IMG/VR virus record: IMGVR_UViG_3300021142_000002
Coordinates: 62,001 to 126,000 of that record
Direction: 5' to 3' (one strand)
Length of the DNA stretch: 64,000 nt
The translations under genes and the position numbers were made by a program. Below the pieces are notes generated by a model that was not told where the DNA came from, did not search any database, and was given only the letters and a program-made list of their open reading frames with translations. This document shows positions 1 through 10,162 of this stretch, in pieces (the first letter of the stretch is position 1; the number at the start of each line of letters is the position of its first letter).

Positions 1-164
1 GCAACGCCTGAAATAGAGTACATAGGCTCAATAGTGCCATTAATTTCAGCAAAGGCATGCTGAGCATCAATGGAAATATCTGTTCTTTTAAAGGTAGGAA
101 TTAATCGCTTAAAATAATTCCCTAAGTTTGATAATTTAAACATAATTTAATTCCTGATAGTAGT

Positions 165-1268
165 TTATAGTTGAGCTGCATTGCCTAGATTATAAGCTCT
201 CATGATATCATCAATATTAACACCATTAGCCTTTTTAGAATTTTGTTTAATATCATCTAGCGTATACTCACCATAATGATCAATACCTCTTTGATACATG
301 GTGAATCTTTCCATTCTGGTATCAACAACTATTAACATCATAGTAAAGTTATTTTCAAAATACTTATTTCTAACATGAGTATCTTTTAAACTACCTTTTA
401 AAACGAGTTCTAAATCAGAAGCTGTTTGCTTACTGATAATGACCATAGTGGAAATAGAGTTAGGTGATCCATAACCAGAAGCTAATGACGCTAATGCATC
501 ATTGATCTTTTTACTACGTGCTTTAGATAATAAACCTGTTTTATCAGCTAAGATAGCTTTTTTATCAGCTTCAATTAAATCCTGGCATAATAAAAAATCT
601 CTAAAGAAAGAAATCTCACCAGAGCGCCACTGGTGATAACGAGTACCAAAGTTTAAATCAGCAGAGTTAGATTTAGCAATGAATAAAAAATCATCAGGTT
701 CAATAGATTTAGGGTTTAAACGACAAACCACAGGAATGCTGACTGTATTATTACCTTCTCTTAATTTTACATCTAATAGCTTGCCGACTGCTAAATTACT
801 CTCTTCCGTGATATTGTGTATAGTCTTATCAAACTCAAAAGACTTCTGTGAAGAAGATTGATCACCTAGTGCTTCGGTGCCATAAGAAGGTAGATAATGA
901 GCCGTATCATCAATGGAATTTAATCCAGTCCATCTCGATAACTCAGCGGCATGCATAACTGTTCTATCAGTAGAAAATTGGTCTAAAACCTGCATAACCC
1001 TAACACTATCTACTGACATAGCAATATTTACTGCAGATAAATAATATCCACAATAAATAGATAAAAGAGTTTGCATTAAAGATGAAACTTGTTTTGGATC
1101 TAAACCTAAAACTCTTTTGTCGATCAAGACAACTGGATTGAGTTGAGTCGGTTTAGTATATTCAGTTAATGAGCCATTAGACATACTGGCAAACTGATTA
1201 GCTGACTGAGCTGCAATAGATAATAAACTAAGGTCAGCACCTGCAATAGCACTTAAAATTTTAGACAT
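165..1268 (-). CDS. Virion structural (head) protein, phiKZ gp89-like
   Basis: 367-aa ORF with an SLTEYTK..LNPVVLID motif recalled from phiKZ-like virion proteins; G-T-E putative head-protease site; divergent from the two structural genes that follow. Confidence 0.55.
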   Translation of the reverse strand: MSKILSAIAGADLSLLSIAAQSANQFASMSNGSLTEYTKPTQLNPVVLIDKRVLGLDPKQVSSLMQTLLSIYCGYYLSAVNIAMSVDSVRVMQVLDQFSTDRTVMHAAELSRWTGLNSIDDTAHYLPSYGTEALGDQSSSQKSFEFDKTIHNITEESNLAVGKLLDVKLREGNNTVSIPVVCRLNPKSIEPDDFLFIAKSNSADLNFGTRYHQWRSGEISFFRDFLLCQDLIEADKKAILADKTGLLSKARSKKINDALASLASGYGSPNSISTMVIISKQTASDLELVLKGSLKDTHVRNKYFENNFTMMLIVVDTRMERFTMYQRGIDHYGEYTLDDIKQNSKKANGVNIDDIMRAYNLGNAAQL

Positions 1269-1306
1269 ACTACTTTTCCTTTTATAAATATTAATTTGGA
1301 CACGTT

Positions 1307-2488
1307 ATGAGCGATATCGGCAAAATAGACAGCGGACTAATAGATATCTCATCTAGAAGCCAACCCTTTGGGGGCAGTAACATATCCACTTATTCTGTCT
1401 TTAGAGGACTGAATGCTTTAGGGGGTATTCCTGCTCTTCTTCCTAACACCGACAACCAAGGCTATGTATTCTTTACAAAACCTTGCCTAAACTTATCATA
1501 CGATAATGTTATACCTTTTAGAAAATTAGTATATTTGGCGGATACTAGACCTACCTCGATGGGTAATGCTATTCGCTGTATGTTAAGTCCTAGCTTAATG
1601 GAAGGTAATGAAAACAATAGATCATTAATAGTAGATGATAAATGCGCTTTTTTACCCATTAGTAATTTACTTAGAAAACTCAGCGCACCACCTGATATTG
1701 TTGCTGATGTTTATACCTCTAGTGAAGGCTATAATAAAGAGCAGATTAGCTTTATTGATAGTAAAACAGGTATCTATAATGCCTATGATTTAACAGCTGA
1801 ATTCCAAAATATGGAGGGTGATCCCATTACTAGCATTTTTGATAGCTGGATCATTTATGCACAACGAGTCCTTGATGGCACTATGCTACCCTTTCCTAGA
1901 AATCAAATAGAAAGGCGAGTAGATTATCAAACGAGAATCTATAGATTGATTATGGATAGAAATAAAGAATATGTGCAAAAGATATCAGTCTCTGATGCAT
2001 GCTTTCCTACCTCAGTTCCAAGAGGTGGCGTGATGGGCTACGATAATACAGTTCATATTACACCAGAGAATGATGTTATACAAGTAAACTTTAGATGTAT
2101 TGGAGCAGAATATGATGATCCAATATTAATACAGGAATTTAATAACATTGTAGCTACGTTTAATCCTGCTATGTCAGAAAGTAACTATGGTGGTATGGTA
2201 AAGATTAAAGGATTAACAGATATTGGATTAAGCAAAAAAGCATTAATGAATTACAGAATGTATCCAAGGATTTCTGCAACAATGGAATTAGAATGGTATG
2301 CGGATCCCAACGATTATCAATTGATTATGGAAAATTCTAACAATTTATCACCTGCCCAGCGATCTGATTTTACCGATACTACCAGTACTGAATACATGTA
2401 TTCACCTTGGACTAATACAATCACTAAAGATAATGGTAATCCTAATGATGTATCTTACCCATCACAACCTACTACACTTATAGTCTAA
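1307..2488 (+). CDS. Virion structural protein (tail/baseplate), phiKZ gp88-like
   Basis: 393-aa ORF; GYVFFTKPCLNLSYDN and DYQTRIYRLIMD segments typical of this family; precedes the large baseplate-like gene. Confidence 0.5.
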   Translation: MSDIGKIDSGLIDISSRSQPFGGSNISTYSVFRGLNALGGIPALLPNTDNQGYVFFTKPCLNLSYDNVIPFRKLVYLADTRPTSMGNAIRCMLSPSLMEGNENNRSLIVDDKCAFLPISNLLRKLSAPPDIVADVYTSSEGYNKEQISFIDSKTGIYNAYDLTAEFQNMEGDPITSIFDSWIIYAQRVLDGTMLPFPRNQIERRVDYQTRIYRLIMDRNKEYVQKISVSDACFPTSVPRGGVMGYDNTVHITPENDVIQVNFRCIGAEYDDPILIQEFNNIVATFNPAMSESNYGGMVKIKGLTDIGLSKKALMNYRMYPRISATMELEWYADPNDYQLIMENSNNLSPAQRSDFTDTTSTEYMYSPWTNTITKDNGNPNDVSYPSQPTTLIV

Positions 2489-2500
2489 GGAGAGCTATCA

Positions 2501-5455
2501 ATGACAACCACCACTACTCAGTTTTTACTCAGTCGAATAAATCAATATTACTATAATCCTAGCAGTATAATGCAGGGAATGCTAGATACACTAGAATTAG
2601 GATTAAATGGAAATGATATCGTTGATCCAACATCTCCTTTTGTTCAGTTATTAGAATTTGCAGCCACTGCATCTACAGCCAGCATTATTAAATCTGAAGC
2701 GGTAACTAGAGCAATGTATCCAGCACTGTGTTTAACTCAATCTGATTTATTTAATCATTTATCAGATACCGATTATGTTGGGTTATTTGCTAGCCCAGCC
2801 AGCACTAGCATAACCATGATGATTCCTTATCAGCAATTAATAGCTGCAGCAATTGCACCCGATGCTAGTAATTTAAATATTAAACAAGTCATTATACCTG
2901 CCAATAGTCAAATTACTGTTAATGGAATTAATCTAGTTGTTGGTTATCCAGTTAATATTACTATTCAAACGGTAACTAATCTAGGGAGTACTTCAACAAC
3001 CATATTAACCACTCTAGATACTACAGTTACTAATCCTTTAGTTAAATTAAAAACAAACATCATTAGTAATGCCGTTGTTGCTTACAATGGTAGTCAATAC
3101 TTACAGTTTAATTTACCTGTACAACAGCTTAGTAATACGAGTACAGTTTATTCTTTAAATAGTGCAACTACGTTTGGACAGACTATTAATTTTAGTGATT
3201 CGTTTTGTTATGCTAGAGCCTATATTAATTTAGCTTCCAGTCCTGGTCAATGGACTGAAATACTCACCACACACAGTGTGATTAATTATGATATTAATTC
3301 ACCCACATTAAAAATGCGTGTTAATAATGGATCATTATCAGTTGCATTACCAGATATTTATAATAGTCTAAATCTAACAGGTAATTCTATTAGGATAGAT
3401 ATCTATACCTGTAAAGGATTAATGGATTTAGATCTATCCCAGTTAAATGCAGGTAGCTTTTCTGGCAAGTGGATGGATTTTAATACTTTTAATTCAAAGA
3501 ATACAACAGCCGCTATTGGTAAAGTCAGTGATATTATTATCTATTCTAATGATAGCTTAACTAATGGTATTAATGGTTTAACTTTAGAGCAAATAAGAGA
3601 GTTAGTGATTTATAGATCAAACTCTAGTAGTACGCCAGTAAGACTCAGTGATCTTACATTAGGTTTAGGTAAGTTAGGTTATGTAGTTCAAAAGATTGTA
3701 GACTCCGTTACTGATAGAATATTTGTAGCTAGTAAAAACATTCAATCTAGAGTAGTGGATGGATTAGTCACTAATCCATTAATCGCTAACATTGCAGTTA
3801 ATCTAAATGAACATTGGGGCGATGTAGGTGCAGCATATACAGACTCTATTATTAACCATAATAGTAATGCAGCTACACTGCTCCCTAATGCATTATTTTT
3901 AATGAGTAATGGGAATATAAACCTATTAACTAATGCTGATCTAGATAGCATTAATAACTTAGCTATGGATAGTTTAGCAGTTGCATTAAGCAATAACTTG
4001 TACTTCTATACACCTTTTCATTATGTAATAGATTATAGTCTTCCAACGATTAATGTGAGACCTTATTATTTAAGTGGTCCAATTGTTGTTAATAATAACT
4101 ATATTGCTAATAACCCATACAGGACTTATGGTATTAATACCATTATTTCTACCATTTCATTAACGGGAAATAATTATACATTAAGTCTAACGACTAAGAT
4201 ACCTACCGGATTAACTAACATTTATTGTCAATTAGTCTATACAGATCCTAGTAGCTATAAAAGCTATTATCTAGATAGTACAAGTATTATTAATCAGGCG
4301 AGTGCTACTTTTACTTTTGTATTAAATACTGAATTTGATATCAATCAGCAAGATGATATAGAAATGATCAATTTCTACGATGATAATAGAATGGTAGACT
4401 TTATCAATGTTAATTTAACTCAGCAATTTAGCGTATACTATTTTGTACAAGCTAATGCTATTGACTTAGAAATAACGCCTTATGGCACTAACTTTGATAG
4501 CCAGTATATGCCACCTACCGGCATAACTGTCATTGGTGCTACGCATGAAACCATTACATTAGAATTTGGCAATAGATTAACTTCTTTATATTGTCCTACT
4601 AAACAGTTATTAGCAACGACTAATTATGTAACTTACACTCAAGTGGTTAATGCAACTTATGCTGAAAACATTTATAAAGAAGGTCCACTAGGTAAGTTGT
4701 ATACTGTTAATACGGATGGTACGATTAGTTTTGAATTACTACACGCTAAAGGTGATCCAGTACTCGATGCTAATGGTCATAATGTTATTTTACATAATGT
4801 AGGCGATCCAGTGATGGATGCTAATGGTAATTCTATTCCAATAGAGCCTGCTAGTAATCAAATCTTAAGACAGCTTGGTGTTACTTTTGTAGATGCTAAA
4901 TATAGATTTGCTACCACAGCTAGTACAGCTAGTTATAATTTATCTATACCGACTCAAATTATCAATTATTTAAACTATGATATTGAGCCCTATATAGATA
5001 CTCTAAATGAAAGAACTGAGCTGTACTTTAAACCAATGGGTGAGGCTAATAGCATTAAGGTAAACTTTGGTAATGGTACTACAGGCACTGTAAATAGTTT
5101 ACTAAATATTAATATTATCTTTTACTTAAATGTAACTGCAGATAGTATTAAGAAACAGACGGCGGAAACACAGAATCTAATTAATAATACGACTATATTA
5201 GTTAGATCATTGATTAGTAAATACTTATCTAAAACAACTATTTCAATGAGTGAATTTACTGCAGAGCTAAACAATAATAAATCCCCTTTGGTAAGTGGTT
5301 TTGATATAGTGAGTTTCTTGCCAAATAATGCATCCATATTAACTATATTAGATGTTGGGGTAAGTTTCTCAGTGGCAGAAACATTAACATTATTAAGTGA
5401 TGGAACATTAGACGTAGTAGATTCAGTAAATTTAGTATTTGAATCACTATTGTAG
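2501..5455 (+). CDS. Baseplate wedge-like virion protein, phiKZ gp87-like
   Basis: 984-aa beta-rich ORF with an N-terminal DPTSPFVQLLE motif; GGAG RBS; assigned by recall and synteny. Confidence 0.55.
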   Translation: MTTTTTQFLLSRINQYYYNPSSIMQGMLDTLELGLNGNDIVDPTSPFVQLLEFAATASTASIIKSEAVTRAMYPALCLTQSDLFNHLSDTDYVGLFASPASTSITMMIPYQQLIAAAIAPDASNLNIKQVIIPANSQITVNGINLVVGYPVNITIQTVTNLGSTSTTILTTLDTTVTNPLVKLKTNIISNAVVAYNGSQYLQFNLPVQQLSNTSTVYSLNSATTFGQTINFSDSFCYARAYINLASSPGQWTEILTTHSVINYDINSPTLKMRVNNGSLSVALPDIYNSLNLTGNSIRIDIYTCKGLMDLDLSQLNAGSFSGKWMDFNTFNSKNTTAAIGKVSDIIIYSNDSLTNGINGLTLEQIRELVIYRSNSSSTPVRLSDLTLGLGKLGYVVQKIVDSVTDRIFVASKNIQSRVVDGLVTNPLIANIAVNLNEHWGDVGAAYTDSIINHNSNAATLLPNALFLMSNGNINLLTNADLDSINNLAMDSLAVALSNNLYFYTPFHYVIDYSLPTINVRPYYLSGPIVVNNNYIANNPYRTYGINTIISTISLTGNNYTLSLTTKIPTGLTNIYCQLVYTDPSSYKSYYLDSTSIINQASATFTFVLNTEFDINQQDDIEMINFYDDNRMVDFINVNLTQQFSVYYFVQANAIDLEITPYGTNFDSQYMPPTGITVIGATHETITLEFGNRLTSLYCPTKQLLATTNYVTYTQVVNATYAENIYKEGPLGKLYTVNTDGTISFELLHAKGDPVLDANGHNVILHNVGDPVMDANGNSIPIEPASNQILRQLGVTFVDAKYRFATTASTASYNLSIPTQIINYLNYDIEPYIDTLNERTELYFKPMGEANSIKVNFGNGTTGTVNSLLNINIIFYLNVTADSIKKQTAETQNLINNTTILVRSLISKYLSKTTISMSEFTAELNNNKSPLVSGFDIVSFLPNNASILTILDVGVSFSVAETLTLLSDGTLDVVDSVNLVFESLL

Positions 5456-5475
5456 AAAAAAAAAGTATAGAAAGA

Positions 5476-5505
5476 GAGTACACAGAGCCCAGGCTCTGTG
5501 TACTC
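5476..5505. terminator. Bidirectional hairpin terminator between convergent genes
   Basis: 14-bp inverted repeat GAGTACACAGAGCC/GGCTCTGTGTACTC; A-tract just left of it (~5456-5464). Confidence 0.7.
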
Positions 5506-5544
5506 CACTGTTAAATTTCCATCAGAAATGCAACGTTTAATTAA

Positions 5545-6999
5545 TTACTCATAACACTTCATTGAACTATGGATATAAGAAGTATATGCTCTACACGCCG
5601 CAGAAGCTACTCCCAATAAACCCATGGCAGGCTGTACTGAGCTTATTGCTGTTTGTCCAGCATGTACCGCTATTTTTTTCTTAAGTTCAGTTACGGAGTC
5701 CATATTCATAATACCCAAACGCTCATACTCTTCAGTTATTTTTTCAAGTGCTTTTATTTTTGACTCTATTTTAGAAAAACTACTAGTATTTCTTACATAA
5801 TTAGTTGCATCTTTTAAATCAGCAATAAAAACTTTATTTACCATTTCAATGGCGTTTTCTGCCTCTTCTATCGTTAAAGATTCAACCTTTTCAGCAGTTT
5901 TAATTTTTAATGGGGTAACTTTAATAGAAAACCCAGATACTAGTTTAAGTCCATTACCATTAGTGTTAGATATTCCTAAAGCTGAAACATAAACGCCATA
6001 ACCACCTATAAGTTTAAGTTCCGTATCAAAATTAGTTTTATCATAGCCATCATTCCGGAAATGAGTTCCACCAATACGTGCTACAAGAGTTTTAATATCT
6101 AAAAGTCCATAATGATCTGCATGTTTAATAAAGTATTCAACAGCCTCTTCGCCAAATTTATTTTTAACACTAGAATTCAAAATTCTAAAAAGTTCTTTAA
6201 TTTCGGAATTAATATTCTTAGGTTTTGTTTCCCCTAGCATACATGTTAATGCCTTTAAAGTCTGTGCACTAATTTTAATAGCTTTAACTTCAGGCTTTTT
6301 ATGTATTTCATGTGTTTGAGATTTAATATTGTTAGCATTATAACTATGTTGATGGTTAACCATTTGAGAATGCTGACTACCTGCATCATGCTCACCTGCA
6401 GTAAACATAACTGGTTTACCCTCTTCCACGGGCTGTTCTGTTTTTACTTTTGCACGTTTAGCTTTCTTTCTTTTTACAATTTCTTCGGTACCTTTAGCTA
6501 CTTGTTCAGTAACTTCAACACTTGTAAATAGTGATTTAATCCAATTATAGATCTTTAATGACCAATGTTTTAAAAAAATCCAAATCTTTTCCCAAATCTT
6601 TTTAATCCATTCACCAACTGCTTGAATTTTTTCTTTAGTATCTTCTAGTCCGTAAGACAAAGACTCTAATCCTGCAGTGTCTATTTTATAATTATCACCT
6701 ACTAAAGTTTTAATGGCTAAAGTAGACATAGCGTTAGCATGCTTATCTAATCCACCTTTCTCCAATGATTTAATCATTAGATCTTTAATAGCTTCTAAGC
6801 CTTCAATAGTTTCACCAGCATCTTCGATAATGTCAGATACAGCTTCTACTTCTTCATGCTCTCTATCTACACCGTCTTCAAAACTTTCAGGCAATGTTTC
6901 ATCAACATCTACTTCTTCATCATACACATCTTCAGCGTTATTAGCGTCTTCTAATAACTCTTCCATAGCTGCTTTATAAATTGATCTACGTTTTCCCAT
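5545..6999 (-). CDS. Internal head/ejection protein with acidic propeptide
   Basis: Acidic N-terminus, GLE/SLE sites (EGLEA, AGLES, YGLED) matching the S/A/G-X-E head-protease motif, then an amphipathic helix WIKKIWEKIW. Confidence 0.6.
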   Translation of the reverse strand: MGKRRSIYKAAMEELLEDANNAEDVYDEEVDVDETLPESFEDGVDREHEEVEAVSDIIEDAGETIEGLEAIKDLMIKSLEKGGLDKHANAMSTLAIKTLVGDNYKIDTAGLESLSYGLEDTKEKIQAVGEWIKKIWEKIWIFLKHWSLKIYNWIKSLFTSVEVTEQVAKGTEEIVKRKKAKRAKVKTEQPVEEGKPVMFTAGEHDAGSQHSQMVNHQHSYNANNIKSQTHEIHKKPEVKAIKISAQTLKALTCMLGETKPKNINSEIKELFRILNSSVKNKFGEEAVEYFIKHADHYGLLDIKTLVARIGGTHFRNDGYDKTNFDTELKLIGGYGVYVSALGISNTNGNGLKLVSGFSIKVTPLKIKTAEKVESLTIEEAENAIEMVNKVFIADLKDATNYVRNTSSFSKIESKIKALEKITEEYERLGIMNMDSVTELKKKIAVHAGQTAISSVQPAMGLLGVASAACRAYTSYIHSSMKCYE

Positions 7000-7003
7000 T
7001 TTC

Positions 7004-7309
7004 TTATCCTCTTAATATTTTATCTAAATAAGTTAATACTGCTTCTTTGTTAACAGCACTTAAGTTATTAGTAAAGGTATATAAAGGCATTTCAATGCTT
7101 AATAATCCAGGTACTCTTTCTTCAATAGAATTAGCAACCATAGCATTTACACCATTCAATTCTATATCGGCTTTTAATAAGCTTAGATCTAGATTAGGAT
7201 CTTCTTCTACTTCTTGGTTTTGTACCTGCTCTTCTAACTCACATAGACCCAGTCTTGAATCTTGTCGTCTAATTCTAAGGCGAGCTAATCTTTCTTCAAA
7301 ATCCATCAT
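7004..7309 (-). CDS. Small virion/head-associated protein
   Basis: 101-aa ORF inside the head-protein operon; SIE motifs. Confidence 0.4.
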   Translation of the reverse strand: MMDFEERLARLRIRRQDSRLGLCELEEQVQNQEVEEDPNLDLSLLKADIELNGVNAMVANSIEERVPGLLSIEMPLYTFTNNLSAVNKEAVLTYLDKILRG

Positions 7310-7320
7310 TATTTATTCTC

Positions 7321-9588
7321 CTACTTTGTAGTATAATATTTTCTCAGTTTCATTAAATATTCTCTAGTAAATAATATCTCTGCACTCTTGTATCTAAGAA
7401 AGGCTGATTGCATTTCACTGAGTCTTTTACCGATAACCATTAAATCTTTCATGGATTGATAAGTACCTGATAAAGCAGAAAATTGTTTAGATAGAATATT
7501 CTTTATAATGAGGTCTTTAATAACGTGTGTTCCATTATAAGTACCTTCTTGCATTTGATAAGGTATTCCGGCACTATGTTCTGGCCACATGACTTCCGTA
7601 TTCATAATTGAATCAGGTTGTTTTTGTTTAATAAAGGCTTTAGTAATAACAGAAAGTCCGTCTATTTCATGGACTAAATTTCTTCCTTTATTCTCAGCTT
7701 TCTTGCACTGACTAATAGCATATTTAATAGAATGTTCTACTTCTTCAGAATGGAAATAAACATTGCTAAATTTATCAGCAAATCCATGAATGGGCTCTAG
7801 ATTATCTAATCGTTTAAACCATGAGTATGGCATATCATTGGATACAAAAGGAAGATCTCTGTTATTGTGATCTACTGCATAATTAGTCCAAAACGCATTA
7901 GCTCTATTAGCAATGACTCTGTAAGGAATAGTACATTTATTTAAAACATCGGAAGGATGTGGTAATTTACCACCGTATTGCTTAACAGAATCGAGTATAG
8001 GCAACTTAGTATGGGAAGATAGGTAATAGTCCTTAAATAAATAAGATTGCTCTATGGCAGCTACAGTGCTATTAAACGGTACTTCTGCACCATAGCTATT
8101 AGCTGCTTTCTTTAATAACTCGACCGTTTTACCCATTTCGACCATGACTTCTTCAATGACTTTAATATGAGCATCAGCAGTGGCCATTAGATCATTCCAT
8201 CTATAACCTTCTATCTGATAAACAATCAATTCATCTAACTTTGTTTTAAAGTTTAAAGAGATTTCGATACCTAATCTGTTTAGCGCTAATTGATCCATAC
8301 CTAACATATTAGGTGTTGCTTTCTTTTTACCACTGAGTCTCCTACCTAATAAATGCATTTCCTCAACTCTTTCTTTTAATTCCTTTAGAGTTTGATTCAT
8401 GGTTCTATGCGCTTTAGCACTTAATTGCTTGCCTAACATAAAACTTAATATTCCACCAATGATAATAAAGATAAGTGGAATAGCTTTATTTAAACGAGCA
8501 ATTAATGTTTCAATTACTGATTTAATAGTATCTAAAATACCTTCTAAAGCATAATCTACATTTTCACAATTAATGCCAAAGTCATTAATGGCTTCTAAGC
8601 TATAAGTGTTTCCTGATTCAATATCCCTATAAAGAGTAGTAAGCATCTCTAGTCTGCTAAAACTATAGCTGATAGATTCTAGAGATGCTTCAAGCTGTTT
8701 TTCTAATGATCTCTCTTCTTGACCGAAATAAACAGCTTCAGTATCAATAATAGAATAAGCACTGGGATCAATAGATTCTAAACAAGGTACAGGTTCTGTC
8801 TTTGTGGTCGCTATACCTTCATGCATTATATCTTGTTCAGATAACCATTTAAAGGTGTGATAAATCTCTAATATTGGTTTAAGATTTATATCAGATTTAG
8901 CCAGTAAAGGTTCAGGTAGGACTAATGAAAAGAATACATCATCTAAATAACTAGAAACCACTTCATTATCGTCGGAGCAATATTTATTATCTAAAATAGC
9001 ATTACAGTTATTAATAAAAGAAAAACAAACTTCTCTCCATTTAGACGGAGGTAGAGTTGTTTCGTGTTTTTTTGCAATAGTTTCAATAGCTGATGTAATC
9101 CCTTTATGAATTTCTTCACTATTGGAAAGTAATTCACTTATTGAGTTATGCTGATCACAAACCATGCCCATTGTTTCTAAAACCGCACAGTAATTACTGT
9201 AATTATCTTTTTCAATATCAATTTTATCTTTATCTATTAAAGATTTAAAAATGACATAATGAAGATGATGTGATCTTAAAGTATTTCTTTTGATATATAC
9301 ATTTTCAGCCATTGAGTTAATAGCCTGTGTGTTAATAGCGATAGCTGTTTTTAGTCTGGCTAAGACTTTCATCATATCAGGTTCAAATTTCATATCCCAA
9401 ACTTTATTAGCTTCTTCATCACAGCCAGTTTGAGTAACAATTCTAGGGCCAAAACCAAATATTAATGCTAGAGCAGCATTTCTAAAATCTGGTGTCAATG
9501 GCCTCAATACTCTAATCAGTTTAGACTCTGCTCTCTCTGGAGCATCATCTAGATCGTCGGACATAAATCTCATAGGTACATTCCTCAA
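7321..9588 (-). CDS. Internal head protein with multiple protease-maturation sites
   Basis: 755 aa; clustered SLE/ALE sites (ASLESI, YSLEAI, YALEGI) followed by a hydrophobic segment. Confidence 0.55.
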   Translation of the reverse strand: MRNVPMRFMSDDLDDAPERAESKLIRVLRPLTPDFRNAALALIFGFGPRIVTQTGCDEEANKVWDMKFEPDMMKVLARLKTAIAINTQAINSMAENVYIKRNTLRSHHLHYVIFKSLIDKDKIDIEKDNYSNYCAVLETMGMVCDQHNSISELLSNSEEIHKGITSAIETIAKKHETTLPPSKWREVCFSFINNCNAILDNKYCSDDNEVVSSYLDDVFFSLVLPEPLLAKSDINLKPILEIYHTFKWLSEQDIMHEGIATTKTEPVPCLESIDPSAYSIIDTEAVYFGQEERSLEKQLEASLESISYSFSRLEMLTTLYRDIESGNTYSLEAINDFGINCENVDYALEGILDTIKSVIETLIARLNKAIPLIFIIIGGILSFMLGKQLSAKAHRTMNQTLKELKERVEEMHLLGRRLSGKKKATPNMLGMDQLALNRLGIEISLNFKTKLDELIVYQIEGYRWNDLMATADAHIKVIEEVMVEMGKTVELLKKAANSYGAEVPFNSTVAAIEQSYLFKDYYLSSHTKLPILDSVKQYGGKLPHPSDVLNKCTIPYRVIANRANAFWTNYAVDHNNRDLPFVSNDMPYSWFKRLDNLEPIHGFADKFSNVYFHSEEVEHSIKYAISQCKKAENKGRNLVHEIDGLSVITKAFIKQKQPDSIMNTEVMWPEHSAGIPYQMQEGTYNGTHVIKDLIIKNILSKQFSALSGTYQSMKDLMVIGKRLSEMQSAFLRYKSAEILFTREYLMKLRKYYTTK

Positions 9589-9658
9589 GTAATTTATATT
9601 AAGAAAACTTAATCATAAGATTCTCTTTAAGGGCAAAAAAAAAACAATGATATAAATA

Positions 9659-9688
9659 CTCTAGGATAGCTATATAGCTATCCTAGAG
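9659..9688. repeat. 30-bp perfect palindrome (terminator-like)
   Basis: CTCTAGGATAGCTAT|ATAGCTATCCTAGAG; displaced A-tract on the left. Confidence 0.85.
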
Positions 9689-9694
9689 ACTATG

Positions 9695-10138
9695 TTAAAG
9701 TAAATTCTTTTCTAAAAGCAGTTCGACTGTTTGATCTAACTTACAGAGTTTACTCAAAGCTTTTAATTCAGCAATCGTAAACCATTTCACTGCTTTGTGT
9801 TTTAATGGTTCTTTATTGATTATAGTGCCACTAAAATTAACCACCTCAAAGTAGGTATAGTTAGCGATTTTGATTACACGATTTTCATTATAATCAATAG
9901 TCTCATTAGTAATAACCTTTAAGTTATTTACAATGATATCTAATTCTTCAAACAGTTCACGAACTATTCCATCATGAAAGGTTTCATTATTTTCTACCTT
10001 CCCTCCTGGAAACATCCAGGAATTACATTTGACATGATCTAATAGTAATATTTTACCATGTCTTTTTATAATTCCGGATACTGCTTTTACTTTATTATCA
10101 TTCATTTTATAGTTTCTCCTTAGGGACAATACAGGCAT
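9695..10138 (-). CDS. Nudix hydrolase (likely start 10105)
   Basis: Nudix box PGGKVENNETFHDGIVRELFEELDI. Confidence 0.9.
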   Translation of the reverse strand: MPVLSLRRNYKMNDNKVKAVSGIIKRHGKILLLDHVKCNSWMFPGGKVENNETFHDGIVRELFEELDIIVNNLKVITNETIDYNENRVIKIANYTYFEVVNFSGTIINKEPLKHKAVKWFTIAELKALSKLCKLDQTVELLLEKNLL

Positions 10139-10162
10139 TGTATTACTCTAGTAAATAATGTA